NCBI GenBank assembly: GCA_945965275.1
Contig: CAMFNB010000002.1
Location: 1-58,981, forward strand
Reading direction: 5' to 3'
DNA length: 58,981 bases
Source: an uncultured Clostridia bacterium
GTDB lineage: Bacteria; Bacillota; Clostridia; UBA1212; SIG427
The notes under the pieces are model-generated. The model had not been told where the DNA came from, made no database searches, and saw only the letters and a list, made by a program, of their open reading frames with translations. This document shows, piece after piece, positions 8,065 through 17,759 of this stretch. The first letter of the stretch is position 1; each line of letters opens with the position of its first letter. A program made the translations under genes and the position numbers.

Positions 8065-10809
8065 TTATACGTTCTTTCCGCAGCAGTTTTTGTATTTTTT
8101 ACCGCTTCCGCAAGGACAGGGATCATTTCTTCCGACCTTGTCACTCTTTTTGAGAGAAACGTTTCCGCGGCTTTCTTCCCGAGGAGCTCCCTCAAGTTTT
8201 TCTTCTCCGTCTCCCGTAACCTTGGTACGCTTAACCTCTTCACCTTTTCTTACTCTTACTGTAAAAATGTATCTGAGTGCGTCCTGTTTGATCTGCTTAT
8301 TCATATCCTCAAACATGTCATAAGAAAGGAACTTGTATTCAACAAGAGGATCCTTATGTCCAACTGACTGAATACCGACCTCATGCTTGAGTTCGTCAAT
8401 TGCGTCAATATGAGTCATCCAGTTTTCGTCTACCGCGCGAAGAAGCATTACACGCTCAACTTCACGCATGAGTTCCGAGCCGAGTTCTTCCTCTTTCAGG
8501 GCATATCTTGCCTTCGCATCGGCAACGAGTTCATCAGTAACTTTGGATACTGAGTATTCTGAAATGCTGTTCTGAATATTTCTTGTGTCGTCCTGAGTTA
8601 GAATACCCACAAGGTCTTCATAAACTGCTTTTACATCCCAGTCCTGAGGATCGGTATCATCATTACAATGTGTTGCCACTGCTTCCGAAACAACACTTTC
8701 AATCATGTTTTGGAAGTTATCATAAAGATTGTCACCGTCGAGTACGCGACGTCTTTCAGCATATATGATTTCTCTCTGCTGATTCATTACGTCGTCATAC
8801 TGAAGAACGTTCTTTCTGATATCAAAATTTCTTCCCTCCACACGTTTCTGAGCAGTTTCAATTGTGTTCGAAAGAATCTTATGCTCAATCGGCTGATCGT
8901 CTCCGAAGCCGAGAGTCTCTACGATGTTTTCCAGTCTTTCGCTTCCGAAAAGTCTCATGAGGTCATCTTCAAGTGAAATGAAGAATCTTGATTTACCGGG
9001 ATCGCCCTGTCTTCCGGCACGTCCTCTGAGCTGGTTGTCAATTCGTCTTGACTCATGTCTTTCGGTACCGATTATGAAAAGTCCGCCTGCCTCTTTTACT
9101 TTTTCTCTTTCAGCTTTGATTTCAACGCTGAAGCTTTCAACAAGGCTGTGATACTTTTCTCTTGCGGCTTTGATGTATTCGTCTGATGTTTCTGCAAAGC
9201 TGTCGGCTGCTGCAATCATATCCTCTTCGTAGCCTTCCTTACGCATAGCTTGCTTTGCAAGGAAATCCGCATTACCGCCGAGCATGATATCAGTGCCTCG
9301 GCCGGCCATGTTTGTTGCAATGGTAACCGTTTTGAATTTACCTGCCTGTGCAACAATTTCAGCTTCTTTTTCATGATTTTTGGCATTTAATACATTATGA
9401 GGAATGCCCTGTCTCCTAAGAAGCGCACTGAGTAATTCTGATTTCTCGATGGAAACAGTACCCACGAGGACAGGCTGTCCGATTTCGTAGCATTCTTTAA
9501 TCTGCTGAATTACTGCATTGTATTTTCCTTTTACAGTCTTGTATACGATGTCGTCAAGATCCTGACGAATCATCGGCTTGTTTGTCGGGATACAAACAAC
9601 ATCAAGACCGTAGATGTCATTGAACTCGGCTTCCTCTGTCTGTGCCGTACCTGTCATGCCTGAGAGTTTCTTATACATTCTGAAGTAGTTCTGGAATGTA
9701 ATTGTAGCCTGAGTCATTGACTCTTTCTCGATGGTTACATGTTCCTTTGCTTCGATTGCCTGATGAAGACCCTCATTGTATCTTCGGCCGAACATAAGAC
9801 GTCCCGTGAATTCGTCGACGATTATTACTTCTCCGTCTTTTACAACATAGTCAATGTCTTTCTTCATAATACCATGGGCTCTGATAGCCTGGTTAATATG
9901 ATGTGCAAGAAGCGCATTATCAGGATCTGAAAGGTTTTCGATTTCGAACCACGCCTCTGCTTTTCTTACACCATAGTCAGTAAGAACCGCTGTCCTTGCC
10001 TTCTCGTCAACGATGTAGTCTTCAGTAATATCTTCGTTTAAATCCTTATTGTCTGTTTCTTTGATTACTTTTACGGAAAGCGTTGCGGCAAAAGCTTCAG
10101 CCTTTTCATACATGTCAGATGACTTGTTGCCTGCACCCGAAATAATAAGAGGAGTTCTTGCCTCATCAATGAGGATACTGTCCACCTCGTCCACAACAGC
10201 AAAGTTGAGAGGTCTCTGAACAAGGTTCTCCTTGTAAATAACCATATTGTCCCTTAAGTAATCGAAACCGAGTTCGTTGTTTGTTGCATAAGTGATATCG
10301 CAATTATATGCCTCACGACGTTCGTCAGCTGTGAGACCGTGAACAATAACACCTACGGTGAGTCCTAAGAAAGTATAAACCTTGCCCATCCACTCGCTGT
10401 CTCGTTTTGCAAGGTAATCGTTAACCGTAACAATGTGAACGCCCTTTCCTTCAAGAGCATTTAAGTATGCGGGAAGTGTTGAAACAAGTGTCTTACCTTC
10501 ACCGGTTTTCATTTCAGCTATTCTTCCCTGGTGAAGAACGATACCGCCGATAAGCTGTACATCGTAATGTCTCTGTCCCAAAACCCGCTTTGCGGCTTCT
10601 CTCGTAACTGCAAAGGCCTCCGGTAAAATGTCATCTGTTGTTTCACCGTTCTGAAGTCTCTCGCGGAACTGTCTGGTCATATCCCTGAGTTCTTCGTCCG
10701 TCTTTGCCTGTATGGTAGGCTCAAGCGCATTGATTTGTGCAACTATCGGTCTGATTTCCTTAAGTGCATGATCACTGTGTGTGCCGAATATTTTTTCAAA
10801 AAGACCCAT
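8065..10809 (-). CDS. secA: Preprotein translocase ATPase SecA
   Basis: 914 aa. It has Walker [36 protein letters not shown] and the C-terminal zinc motif [14 protein letters not shown]. Confidence 0.97.
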   Translation of the reverse strand: MGLFEKIFGTHSDHALKEIRPIVAQINALEPTIQAKTDEELRDMTRQFRERLQNGETTDDILPEAFAVTREAAKRVLGQRHYDVQLIGGIVLHQGRIAEMKTGEGKTLVSTLPAYLNALEGKGVHIVTVNDYLAKRDSEWMGKVYTFLGLTVGVIVHGLTADERREAYNCDITYATNNELGFDYLRDNMVIYKENLVQRPLNFAVVDEVDSILIDEARTPLIISGAGNKSSDMYEKAEAFAATLSVKVIKETDNKDLNEDITEDYIVDEKARTAVLTDYGVRKAEAWFEIENLSDPDNALLAHHINQAIRAHGIMKKDIDYVVKDGEVIIVDEFTGRLMFGRRYNEGLHQAIEAKEHVTIEKESMTQATITFQNYFRMYKKLSGMTGTAQTEEAEFNDIYGLDVVCIPTNKPMIRQDLDDIVYKTVKGKYNAVIQQIKECYEIGQPVLVGTVSIEKSELLSALLRRQGIPHNVLNAKNHEKEAEIVAQAGKFKTVTIATNMAGRGTDIMLGGNADFLAKQAMRKEGYEEDMIAAADSFAETSDEYIKAAREKYHSLVESFSVEIKAEREKVKEAGGLFIIGTERHESRRIDNQLRGRAGRQGDPGKSRFFISLEDDLMRLFGSERLENIVETLGFGDDQPIEHKILSNTIETAQKRVEGRNFDIRKNVLQYDDVMNQQREIIYAERRRVLDGDNLYDNFQNMIESVVSEAVATHCNDDTDPQDWDVKAVYEDLVGILTQDDTRNIQNSISEYSVSKVTDELVADAKARYALKEEELGSELMREVERVMLLRAVDENWMTHIDAIDELKHEVGIQSVGHKDPLVEYKFLSYDMFEDMNKQIKQDALRYIFTVRVRKGEEVKRTKVTGDGEEKLEGAPREESRGNVSLKKSDKVGRNDPCPCGSGKKYKNCCGKNV

Positions 10810-10827
10810 TTATATAATCTCCTAAAA

Positions 10828-10881
10828 CAATAATAAAATACGGGTGACTTTCTTTTGGTAAAATGCCATAGAAAATCACCC
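10828..10881 (-). promoter_or_regulatory. 5'-terminal stem-loop plus U-tract in the secA leader (attenuator or stabiliser, or terminator of the upstream HD operon)
   Basis: On the minus strand GGGTGATTTTC...GAAAGTCACCC forms an 11-bp stem with one mismatch, followed by GTATTTTATTATTGTTTT. It begins at the predicted TSS and ends about 15 nt before the SD AGGAG. Confidence 0.5.
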
Positions 10882-10884
10882 TAT

Positions 10885-10913
10885 ATTATATATTTTCTCC
10901 TACCATGTGTCAA
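10885..10913 (-). promoter_or_regulatory. Consensus sigma-A-type promoter for secA
   Basis: On the minus strand: TTGACA (10913-10908), 17-nt spacer, TATAAT (10890-10885). Confidence 0.65.
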
Positions 10914-10931
10914 AAAATGAGATGTTGTGAA

Positions 10932-11522
10932 TCAGTCCAGTTCATCCAGTGTAAGCGTATATGCGGGAATGAATCTGTCTATGAAGTAATCCGCTGCCGG
11001 AACCTTCATATCCCTTACTGCTGACTTTGTTGCGGCCTCAGCTTTCTTAAATTCCGAGTTGCCGGCCTTTCCCTCTTCAATGCACTTGATATATGCGGAA
11101 ATCTTGTCTGCCGCCTTTATAATCGGATAGTAATCCGGATCATTTTCCTCGTAGAAGAACAACTCCCGATACTCGTCCTTCATATAGCCGGGCAGCATGG
11201 AAATGAGTTTTTCCTTGGAAATGTCTTCAAGCATTCCGTAGGCCTTCTTGATTTCCGGATTGTAATATTTTACCGGGGTCGGAAGATCACCGGTGATGAT
11301 TTCGTTGGTATCATGAAACAGCGCATACATTGCAGCTCTTTCCGGATTGTAGTTTCCGTCAAATTTTTTGTTTGCAATCAGGCAAAGTGCGTGTGCAATC
11401 ACCGCAACTTCGTAGCTGTGCTCCTGAATATTTTCGTTTGTTGTGTTGCGCATAAGTGCCCAGCGGTTTATGTTTTTCATCCTGCTGATATACGCGAAAA
11501 AGTTATATTCTTTCATATCCAA
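10932..11522 (-). CDS. HD-domain 5'-deoxynucleotidase (YfbR-like)
   Basis: 196 aa. It has RWALMRN..ENIQEHSYEVAVIAHAL, LFHDTNEIITGDLPTPVK. The Met at 11516 gives an ATGA overlap with the upstream stop. Confidence 0.8.
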   Translation of the reverse strand: MDMKEYNFFAYISRMKNINRWALMRNTTNENIQEHSYEVAVIAHALCLIANKKFDGNYNPERAAMYALFHDTNEIITGDLPTPVKYYNPEIKKAYGMLEDISKEKLISMLPGYMKDEYRELFFYEENDPDYYPIIKAADKISAYIKCIEEGKAGNSEFKKAEAATKSAVRDMKVPAADYFIDRFIPAYTLTLDELD

Positions 11523-12724
11523 TAAAGCTCCTCAAATGTCTTAAGTGCATAAGCATCAGTCATGCCGGCAATATAGTCGGCTGTAATCTGTTCAGGAAGA
11601 TTTTCTTCCCTTGTGTATGCTTTATCAATAATATACTGGGCTAAGCGACTTTTAACGGACGGTGTGTCTGTTTTAATAAGGCTCTCTATGATTTCACGCG
11701 GGATTTCATTCTGCCTCTCAGGAATCAGAGAAAGTGCCTCTCCCATGATTTCGCATACGTATTTATAGAACATTTTGAAAAGACCCTCCATTGAGTTTGA
11801 GGCGTTCTTCTCGTACTGAATAATCATATCCGACTTGTAAATATTGCTGTTGTTTTGCTCAATCAGTTCCTTAAGCGCAAGGCCCTTCTCATCACTGAGT
11901 CTTATGCAGTCCCTGCCTATGCTGTTTTCTATTACATCTTCAACCAGGGTGTTGATGATTTCACCGTTTGTGCTTCCGAGAACATTCCTCACTTCTCCTG
12001 AAATATAGTCACGGCTGATAAGCTGTGCTCTTACCGCATCCTCTATATCTCTTCCCACATAGGCGATTTTATCAACAAGCCTCACAAGGCAGGCCTCCAA
12101 AGTAAAAGGCATAACATGTCTGTGGTCAGTTGTGTAAATATTTTCCGGCTTCTTTGTTCTGTCGGCAGTCAAAATATATTCATCATAGTTCTCGCCACAG
12201 TGTGAAACGATACCGTCTCTTACTTCATATGTGAGATTCAGTCCGCAGTTGCCGTTAATCTTTTCCTGTGAAATTCTTTTTGAAAGTCTGTCGGCAACTC
12301 TCAGAGAATGATTTTCATGGTGAAAGCTAAGCTTTGGATTGATTTCATGAACAAGCCTGCTCAGTGTTCTTTCACCGCTGTGTCCGAAGGGTGCATGGCC
12401 GATGTCATGGCCAAGAGCAATTGCAGAGAGCAAATCCTGATTCAGGTTAAGGGTTCTTCCTATCGTATTGGAAATGGAATTTACATAGAGAACATGCTCC
12501 ATTCTTGTGCAGATATGGTCGTTTTTGGCATTGAAAAACACCTGTGTTTTATGACGGAGACGTCTGAAATCTTCAGAATAAAGAATTCGGTTTGCGTCAC
12601 GCTCAAAATCACATCTTACCGTGCAGTCACGCTCTTTTACCAGTCTTCCGAGACTGTCTTTTGATCTGGCGGCATAGGGAGCCAGCCTTTCTTCCTGTTC
12701 CAATCGTATATCTTTCCAAGACAT
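11513..12724 (-). CDS. dGTPase-like dNTP triphosphohydrolase (HD superfamily)
   Basis: 403 aa. It has FERDANRILYSEDFRRLRHKTQVF, TRMEHVLYV and LGHDIGHAPFGHSGE, as in Dgt-family proteins. Confidence 0.85.
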   Translation of the reverse strand: MSWKDIRLEQEERLAPYAARSKDSLGRLVKERDCTVRCDFERDANRILYSEDFRRLRHKTQVFFNAKNDHICTRMEHVLYVNSISNTIGRTLNLNQDLLSAIALGHDIGHAPFGHSGERTLSRLVHEINPKLSFHHENHSLRVADRLSKRISQEKINGNCGLNLTYEVRDGIVSHCGENYDEYILTADRTKKPENIYTTDHRHVMPFTLEACLVRLVDKIAYVGRDIEDAVRAQLISRDYISGEVRNVLGSTNGEIINTLVEDVIENSIGRDCIRLSDEKGLALKELIEQNNSNIYKSDMIIQYEKNASNSMEGLFKMFYKYVCEIMGEALSLIPERQNEIPREIIESLIKTDTPSVKSRLAQYIIDKAYTREENLPEQITADYIAGMTDAYALKTFEELYWI

Positions 12725-12804
12725 AGTATCACCCCACTCGTTACTGATTTTATTTTACAGTCGTGCAAGTTTACAGTCAACCGCCGATATGATACAATCA
12801 AAAT

Positions 12805-13368
12805 ATGAAAGAAAAAAGAAATAATATATTAAAATTATTTTTATCATTCTTCAAAATCGGTGCTCTTTCATTCGGCGGCGGTTATGCAATGATACCTCAC
12901 ATTCAGGAAGAAGTCGCTGACAAAAGAAACTGGATTACCGAAGAAGAGCTTTTGGAAATCATCTCAATTGCCGAAAGCACTCCGGGTCCCATTGCCATCA
13001 ACTCGGCGACCTTCATCGGTAAAAAGGTTGCAGGCTTTTGGGGCGCATTCTTTGCCACTTTGGGAGTTGTGCTTCCTTCTTTCGTTATTATCTCAGTAAT
13101 TGCATACCTGCTTCAGCAGTTTAATCAGTACAAGCCTATAAAATACGCATTCTTCGGAATCCGTGCGGGAGTTCTTGCCTGCATAGTTAAATCTCTTTAT
13201 ATGATGTTCAAAAAATGTCCTAAGGGCATTATGGAATATATTCTTATGGCTGCCGCTTTAGCAATTGTGGCCTTTCTTAAAATAAAAGCAATCTATGTAA
13301 TCATTGCCTGCGTCCTGATTGGTCTTGCAGTTTCTCTGATTGCAGGAAGGAGGAAGAAAGCTTTATGA
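12805..13368 (+). CDS. chrA: Chromate transporter family protein (half-size ChrA)
   Basis: 187 aa, multi-TM. It has FGGGYAMIPHIQEEV and AESTPGPIAIN. It overlaps the next half-size paralogue by 4 nt. Confidence 0.85.
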   Translation: MKEKRNNILKLFLSFFKIGALSFGGGYAMIPHIQEEVADKRNWITEEELLEIISIAESTPGPIAINSATFIGKKVAGFWGAFFATLGVVLPSFVIISVIAYLLQQFNQYKPIKYAFFGIRAGVLACIVKSLYMMFKKCPKGIMEYILMAAALAIVAFLKIKAIYVIIACVLIGLAVSLIAGRRKKAL

Positions 13369-13937
13369 TTTTACTTGAGCTGTTCTGGACCTTCTTCAAA
13401 ATAGGATTATTCACCTTCGGCGGAGGCTATGCAATGCTTCCCATGATTCAGTCGGAGGTTGTTTCTCACGGCTGGATTTCAGAAAAAGCATTGGTGGACT
13501 TTATTGCTGTGGCAGAAAGCACTCCGGGCCCCTTTGCGGTAAACCTGTCAACATATGTAGGTATAGAAAAAGCCGGCTTGCTCGGTGCTGTCTGTGCCCT
13601 CCTGGGAGTAATCCTTCCCTCTTTCATAATTATTTTGATTGTTGCGGTTTTCTATAAGAAATTCAGGGAAAGCAAGGCTGTTATGGGTGTTATGTCCGGT
13701 TTAAAACCTTGTACCGTGGGACTTATTGCAGCTGCCGTGCTTACAATGGTGGGAACGGTGTTCTGGCCTGACGGATTTACAACAGGTATTTTTACAGGTC
13801 CGGCCTTCTGGATTTCATTTGTAATTTTTGCAGGAATGGTTGTTTGTGCCTTTAAAAAAGTAAAAACACCTGTTATCATCGGAATCAGTGCAGTTCTCGG
13901 AATTGCAGTGGGATATATATTTAACCTTCAGTTATAA
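13365..13937 (+). CDS. chrA: Chromate transporter family protein (half-size ChrA, second subunit)
   Basis: 190 aa. It has FGGGYAMLPMIQSEV and AESTPGPFAVN, and is a paralogue of the preceding ORF. Confidence 0.85.
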   Translation: MILLELFWTFFKIGLFTFGGGYAMLPMIQSEVVSHGWISEKALVDFIAVAESTPGPFAVNLSTYVGIEKAGLLGAVCALLGVILPSFIIILIVAVFYKKFRESKAVMGVMSGLKPCTVGLIAAAVLTMVGTVFWPDGFTTGIFTGPAFWISFVIFAGMVVCAFKKVKTPVIIGISAVLGIAVGYIFNLQL

Positions 13938-13945
13938 GGAGAAAA

Positions 13946-14671
13946 ATGAAAAACTATCCTACAGCTCACATAAATGCCAAACCCGGCGACATAGCAAAAA
14001 CGATTATCATGCCCGGTGATCCGCTTCGTGCCCAATACATTGCAGAGACATTTCTTGATGACGCAAAGCTTTTCAACAATGTCCGCGGTGTTCAGGGTTA
14101 TACAGGAAAATATAAGGGACATACAGTGTCAGTAATGGCACATGGTATGGGTATGCCATCAATGGCACTTTATGCACATGAACTTTATGATGTGTACGGT
14201 GTCAAGAACATAATTCGCATAGGAACGCTTGGCGCTCTTCAGAAGGAAATAAAAACGATGGATATTGTTCTGGTTTCAAAGGCTGCCACTGACAGCGCAA
14301 TGGCCTGGCCCATGGGCTTTAATGACAGAAACACGCCTTCTGCTTCAAAAGCTCTTCTTGAAAAAGCAAGAGTGCTTTCCCGAACACTTAATCCGGATAC
14401 CACGGTACGCGAAGGAAAAATAATGACATCTGACTTTTTCTATCACCCAAATGCGGGTATAAATCAAAAGCTTTCCGATGACGGATTCCTTGCCTTGGAT
14501 ATGGAAACCGCGGCACTTTATATGGAGGCCGCAAGATTCAACAGGAATGCACTGTGCATAGGAACTGTTTCAAACAATATTATTACCGGAGAAGAGCTCT
14601 CCTCCATGATACGTGTAACAGGAGTTACGAACATGATTACGCTTGCTCTTGAGCTGGCAACTACACTGTAA
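13946..14671 (+). CDS. deoD: Purine nucleoside phosphorylase, DeoD type
   Basis: 241 aa. It has TAHINAKPGDIAKTIIMPGDPLRA, MAHGMGMPS and LDMETAALY. Confidence 0.9.
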   Translation: MKNYPTAHINAKPGDIAKTIIMPGDPLRAQYIAETFLDDAKLFNNVRGVQGYTGKYKGHTVSVMAHGMGMPSMALYAHELYDVYGVKNIIRIGTLGALQKEIKTMDIVLVSKAATDSAMAWPMGFNDRNTPSASKALLEKARVLSRTLNPDTTVREGKIMTSDFFYHPNAGINQKLSDDGFLALDMETAALYMEAARFNRNALCIGTVSNNIITGEELSSMIRVTGVTNMITLALELATTL

Positions 14672-14685
14672 AGGTACGAAACATT

Positions 14686-16029
14686 ATGAAAAAAACATTT
14701 TTTATCATTCTCACATTATTAGCATCTGCAATTCTTTCAATTGCCTCATTTGCACAGAGCGAAATGATCATATATGCCAACAGCGGTCTTACCTGTGACG
14801 GCACATATATCAGCAAGCTTCCCGACGGCATAACCGGTGATGAGTTCAGCAGCAGAATCAAAGACAGTACGAAGCTTTCATTCAAAGACGCATCAGGAAG
14901 CGCAATGAATGTTTCGGATATTGTAAAAACCGGCGAGGTTCTCGTCTATGACAACTCAGAAGAATATATTTTATCCGTTTTGGGAGATGTTTCAGGCGAC
15001 GGTAAAATCACTTCTGCCGATTTCCTCAAACTCAAATCATATTTCAAAGGAACTCTTACCTTAGAAGGTGCATATATGAAAGCAGCAGACGCGGACGGTA
15101 ACGGTAAAATATCTTCGACAGATGCTATTGCAGTTAAAAAATATTTTACCGGAAGAAAGCTGGTAAATGCCCTTCCTAAGATGACAAAAAAGTTCATATC
15201 ATATGAAATAATCAGAGACAGCAGTTTTGAGAACGGTTTCACGATTCTTTCTCAGCAGACGAATGGCGCAGCTGCAATCCCGCTCGGGAACTGGACATAT
15301 AACGAAGACACCGTTCCCACATGGGAACTTGCTCAGTGGAGCTCAGGTAAATGTCTTTGGGAAGACAGAATCGACGACGGAAACAAATATACAATTACGG
15401 ACGGTTCTTCAAAATGGGTTACATATGATCCCGAGGATAAATCCATTTCACTCAGACTCAATGCGGCAGATGTATACAAAGGACAGCCTGCCGGCGGAAG
15501 CAACTGGCCTCACCTTCTCATTGAAGCAGGAACTGAAATTGTAAGCTGCGACGCAGACAGAATCTATCTTAGTTTTGATGTAAGACTTGTTGATTACAAG
15601 CCCACAACAAATCCTGCGGGAATAAATGCTGTTCAGATCAATCCGTTCATCTATCTCAAAGCAAAGGACAAAACAAAGTTTATCTGGTTCGGTGCTTCCG
15701 TATTTGATGACAGAGGTCCGACAGCGCAGTCCTGGCAGCTTGATGCAAGTTCCGGTAATATGATTTACGGAATATCAAATACCAATACCTACGGCAAAGA
15801 AACACAGCTCACAACAGATATGGGTTGGGTACACGTAAATTTGAATATCAGGCCGTACATCGATCACTGCTGTTATCTTGCAAACACAGACGGCACATAC
15901 GGAAGTGACATAAAGGCATCTGATTTCGAAATCACAGGAACAAACTTCGGATTTGAAACTCACGGAAACATTGACTGCACATTTGCAATAAGAAATTATT
16001 CAATTCAGATTTGGAATGAAGATAAATAA
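14686..16029 (+). CDS. Secreted dockerin-containing protein with an uncharacterised C-terminal domain
   Basis: 447 aa. It has a signal peptide MKKTFFIILTLLASAILSIASFAQS. Two dockerin Ca-binding repeats (DVSGDGKITSADFLKLKSYF and DADGNGKISSTDAIAVKKYF) lie at about nt 14980-15150. The remaining roughly 290 aa have no motif I recognise. Confidence 0.75.
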   Translation: MKKTFFIILTLLASAILSIASFAQSEMIIYANSGLTCDGTYISKLPDGITGDEFSSRIKDSTKLSFKDASGSAMNVSDIVKTGEVLVYDNSEEYILSVLGDVSGDGKITSADFLKLKSYFKGTLTLEGAYMKAADADGNGKISSTDAIAVKKYFTGRKLVNALPKMTKKFISYEIIRDSSFENGFTILSQQTNGAAAIPLGNWTYNEDTVPTWELAQWSSGKCLWEDRIDDGNKYTITDGSSKWVTYDPEDKSISLRLNAADVYKGQPAGGSNWPHLLIEAGTEIVSCDADRIYLSFDVRLVDYKPTTNPAGINAVQINPFIYLKAKDKTKFIWFGASVFDDRGPTAQSWQLDASSGNMIYGISNTNTYGKETQLTTDMGWVHVNLNIRPYIDHCCYLANTDGTYGSDIKASDFEITGTNFGFETHGNIDCTFAIRNYSIQIWNEDK

Positions 16030-16050
16030 GACAATCAGGTTATAAAGAGA

Positions 16051-16087
16051 AAAGCAGCGAATTAATCTTCGCTGCTTTCTTTATTTT
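16051..16087. terminator. Bidirectional rho-independent terminator between convergent genes
   Basis: An 11-bp perfect stem AAAGCAGCGAA (16051-16061) / TTCGCTGCTTT (16068-16078) has T-rich flanks on both strands. The 3' arm overlaps the last codons of the flippase. Confidence 0.6.
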
Positions 16088-17564
16088 CCTCTGTTGTTTC
16101 TGCTTTGCTTCCTTTGTAAAGAAGACTCTTTCCCGTCCTTAGAAGGAACTTAAATGATTTGTTCTTTGTTAAAATACTGAGTCCGACATATACGGTCATT
16201 CCCACAACAATCTGTATAAGAAGAATCCAGAGTTTTGCAATCGGTAAAAGATTAACGGCATATACGGCCGCAACCATTATTGCGCTTAAGATAAGATTCG
16301 GAATAACATCCGCAAGCTGCATTTTGTATTTATATCCGAGCAGTTTTCTGTTTGGGAATGTACTTACCGCAATAGTCACAAGGCTGCATACGAGAATTGA
16401 GTACGCAAGCATGATCGGTTCTTTTCCGAATATAATGAATGACGCGATAATTACAACATAGCTGACTTCTTTTATGATTTCCATAATAAGGAAAACATCG
16501 CTTCTTCCCATTGCCTTGATTGCCTCATTGTTGCCGGCAGCAAGCATTTCAAACATTGCCGAAATGCAGAATACCTGAATGTACGGAACCGCGCCCATCC
16601 ACTTTTCCGTAAGCACAACTTCAATGAAGTTGTCTGCAACCGCGAAGAAACCCAGCATAAGCGGGAAGCATACATAGGATGCCGCTCGTATAAACATTCT
16701 CGTATATTCCAAAAGCTTTTGCTTTTCATCCTGGAACTTTGCAAGAAACGGCATGAAAACCGCTGCAAGGGAGTTGATTGATGTTGAAGAAATGATGTCA
16801 GGAATACTCTTGCCCCTTGTATAGAACGAAAGAGCTTCCTTCGGATAAATAAGTCCGAGAACTATGGGATTTGCTTCTATGAAGCCCTGATTGAGGAGCT
16901 TGGATGCAAGAATCTTCCATCCGTAGCTAAGTAGGCTTTTGAGTTTTTTCCAGTTTACTTTGAGACTGATTCCTATTCTTGTTGATAATATCAAAAGAAT
17001 CGTGTCAATTGTTGTGTTAGTAATATGCTGTGCCACGAGAGCCCATGCTCCGTATCCTTTTACCGCCATCCAGATACCAACTACGCCCGATGCAATGGTT
17101 CCGCCTATTGTTGCAAAGAAGAACTTTTTGAACTTCATTGTAACTGAAATGTATGCACACCAAATTGATTTTACCGCAGCTATGGGCATTGAAAGGCCCA
17201 TTACTCTGAAGATGGCAACGAGATCCGGCTCGTCATATGCTCTTGCAATCGGCGGTGCAAGGAAGAAAATCAGAATGTATATGACTATTGAAAATACAAG
17301 ACTGGCCACGAACACACTGGAGTATTCTTCTTTGTCCACCTCTTTTTTCTGCATAAGAGATGTGTTGAATCCTCCGGAAATAAGAATGTTTGCGAATGTA
17401 ATGAATATTGTTACAAAAGCAACTACGCTGTACGCCTCAGGTGCAAGGAGACGGGCCACCACAAGAGAAACAATGAAATGTGTTCCCTGTGCAATGATTC
17501 TCTCTGCAAATTTCCATATAGCGCCTGTCATGGCTGCTCTTTTAAGTTGTCCTTCTGATTTCAT
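16062..17564 (-). CDS. Polysaccharide biosynthesis protein / MOP-superfamily flippase (Wzx/MurJ-like)
   Basis: 500 aa and about 14 TM helices. The N-terminus (GAIWKFAERIIAQGTHFIVSLVVARLLAPEAY) is typical of oligosaccharide flippases. Confidence 0.8.
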   Translation of the reverse strand: MKSEGQLKRAAMTGAIWKFAERIIAQGTHFIVSLVVARLLAPEAYSVVAFVTIFITFANILISGGFNTSLMQKKEVDKEEYSSVFVASLVFSIVIYILIFFLAPPIARAYDEPDLVAIFRVMGLSMPIAAVKSIWCAYISVTMKFKKFFFATIGGTIASGVVGIWMAVKGYGAWALVAQHITNTTIDTILLILSTRIGISLKVNWKKLKSLLSYGWKILASKLLNQGFIEANPIVLGLIYPKEALSFYTRGKSIPDIISSTSINSLAAVFMPFLAKFQDEKQKLLEYTRMFIRAASYVCFPLMLGFFAVADNFIEVVLTEKWMGAVPYIQVFCISAMFEMLAAGNNEAIKAMGRSDVFLIMEIIKEVSYVVIIASFIIFGKEPIMLAYSILVCSLVTIAVSTFPNRKLLGYKYKMQLADVIPNLILSAIMVAAVYAVNLLPIAKLWILLIQIVVGMTVYVGLSILTKNKSFKFLLRTGKSLLYKGSKAETTEENKESSED

Positions 17565-17759
17565 ATCCTGCCATACTTATTCTATAGTTTCCGTCAACCT
17601 TCACGTCTTCGTTGAAGCTTGTCGAAAAGTCTCTGACTGACATTATATCGTTAGCAAGTGCAGTCAGCAAACCATTATCTGTAAATTTGCGGTTCTCCCC
17701 GAAAATGTGTACTGCATTGCAGATATCAATCCAAGGCAAAACCAAAATTTTCCCATAAC

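Noticed and set aside
17542-17745. A 67-aa ORF between the SEDS gene and the flippase
   Set aside because: It uses a TTG start with no convincing SD, overlaps the flippase start, and has no recognisable motif. The 195-bp gap is more simply the flippase promoter region. It could be a gene remnant, but that is unsupported.
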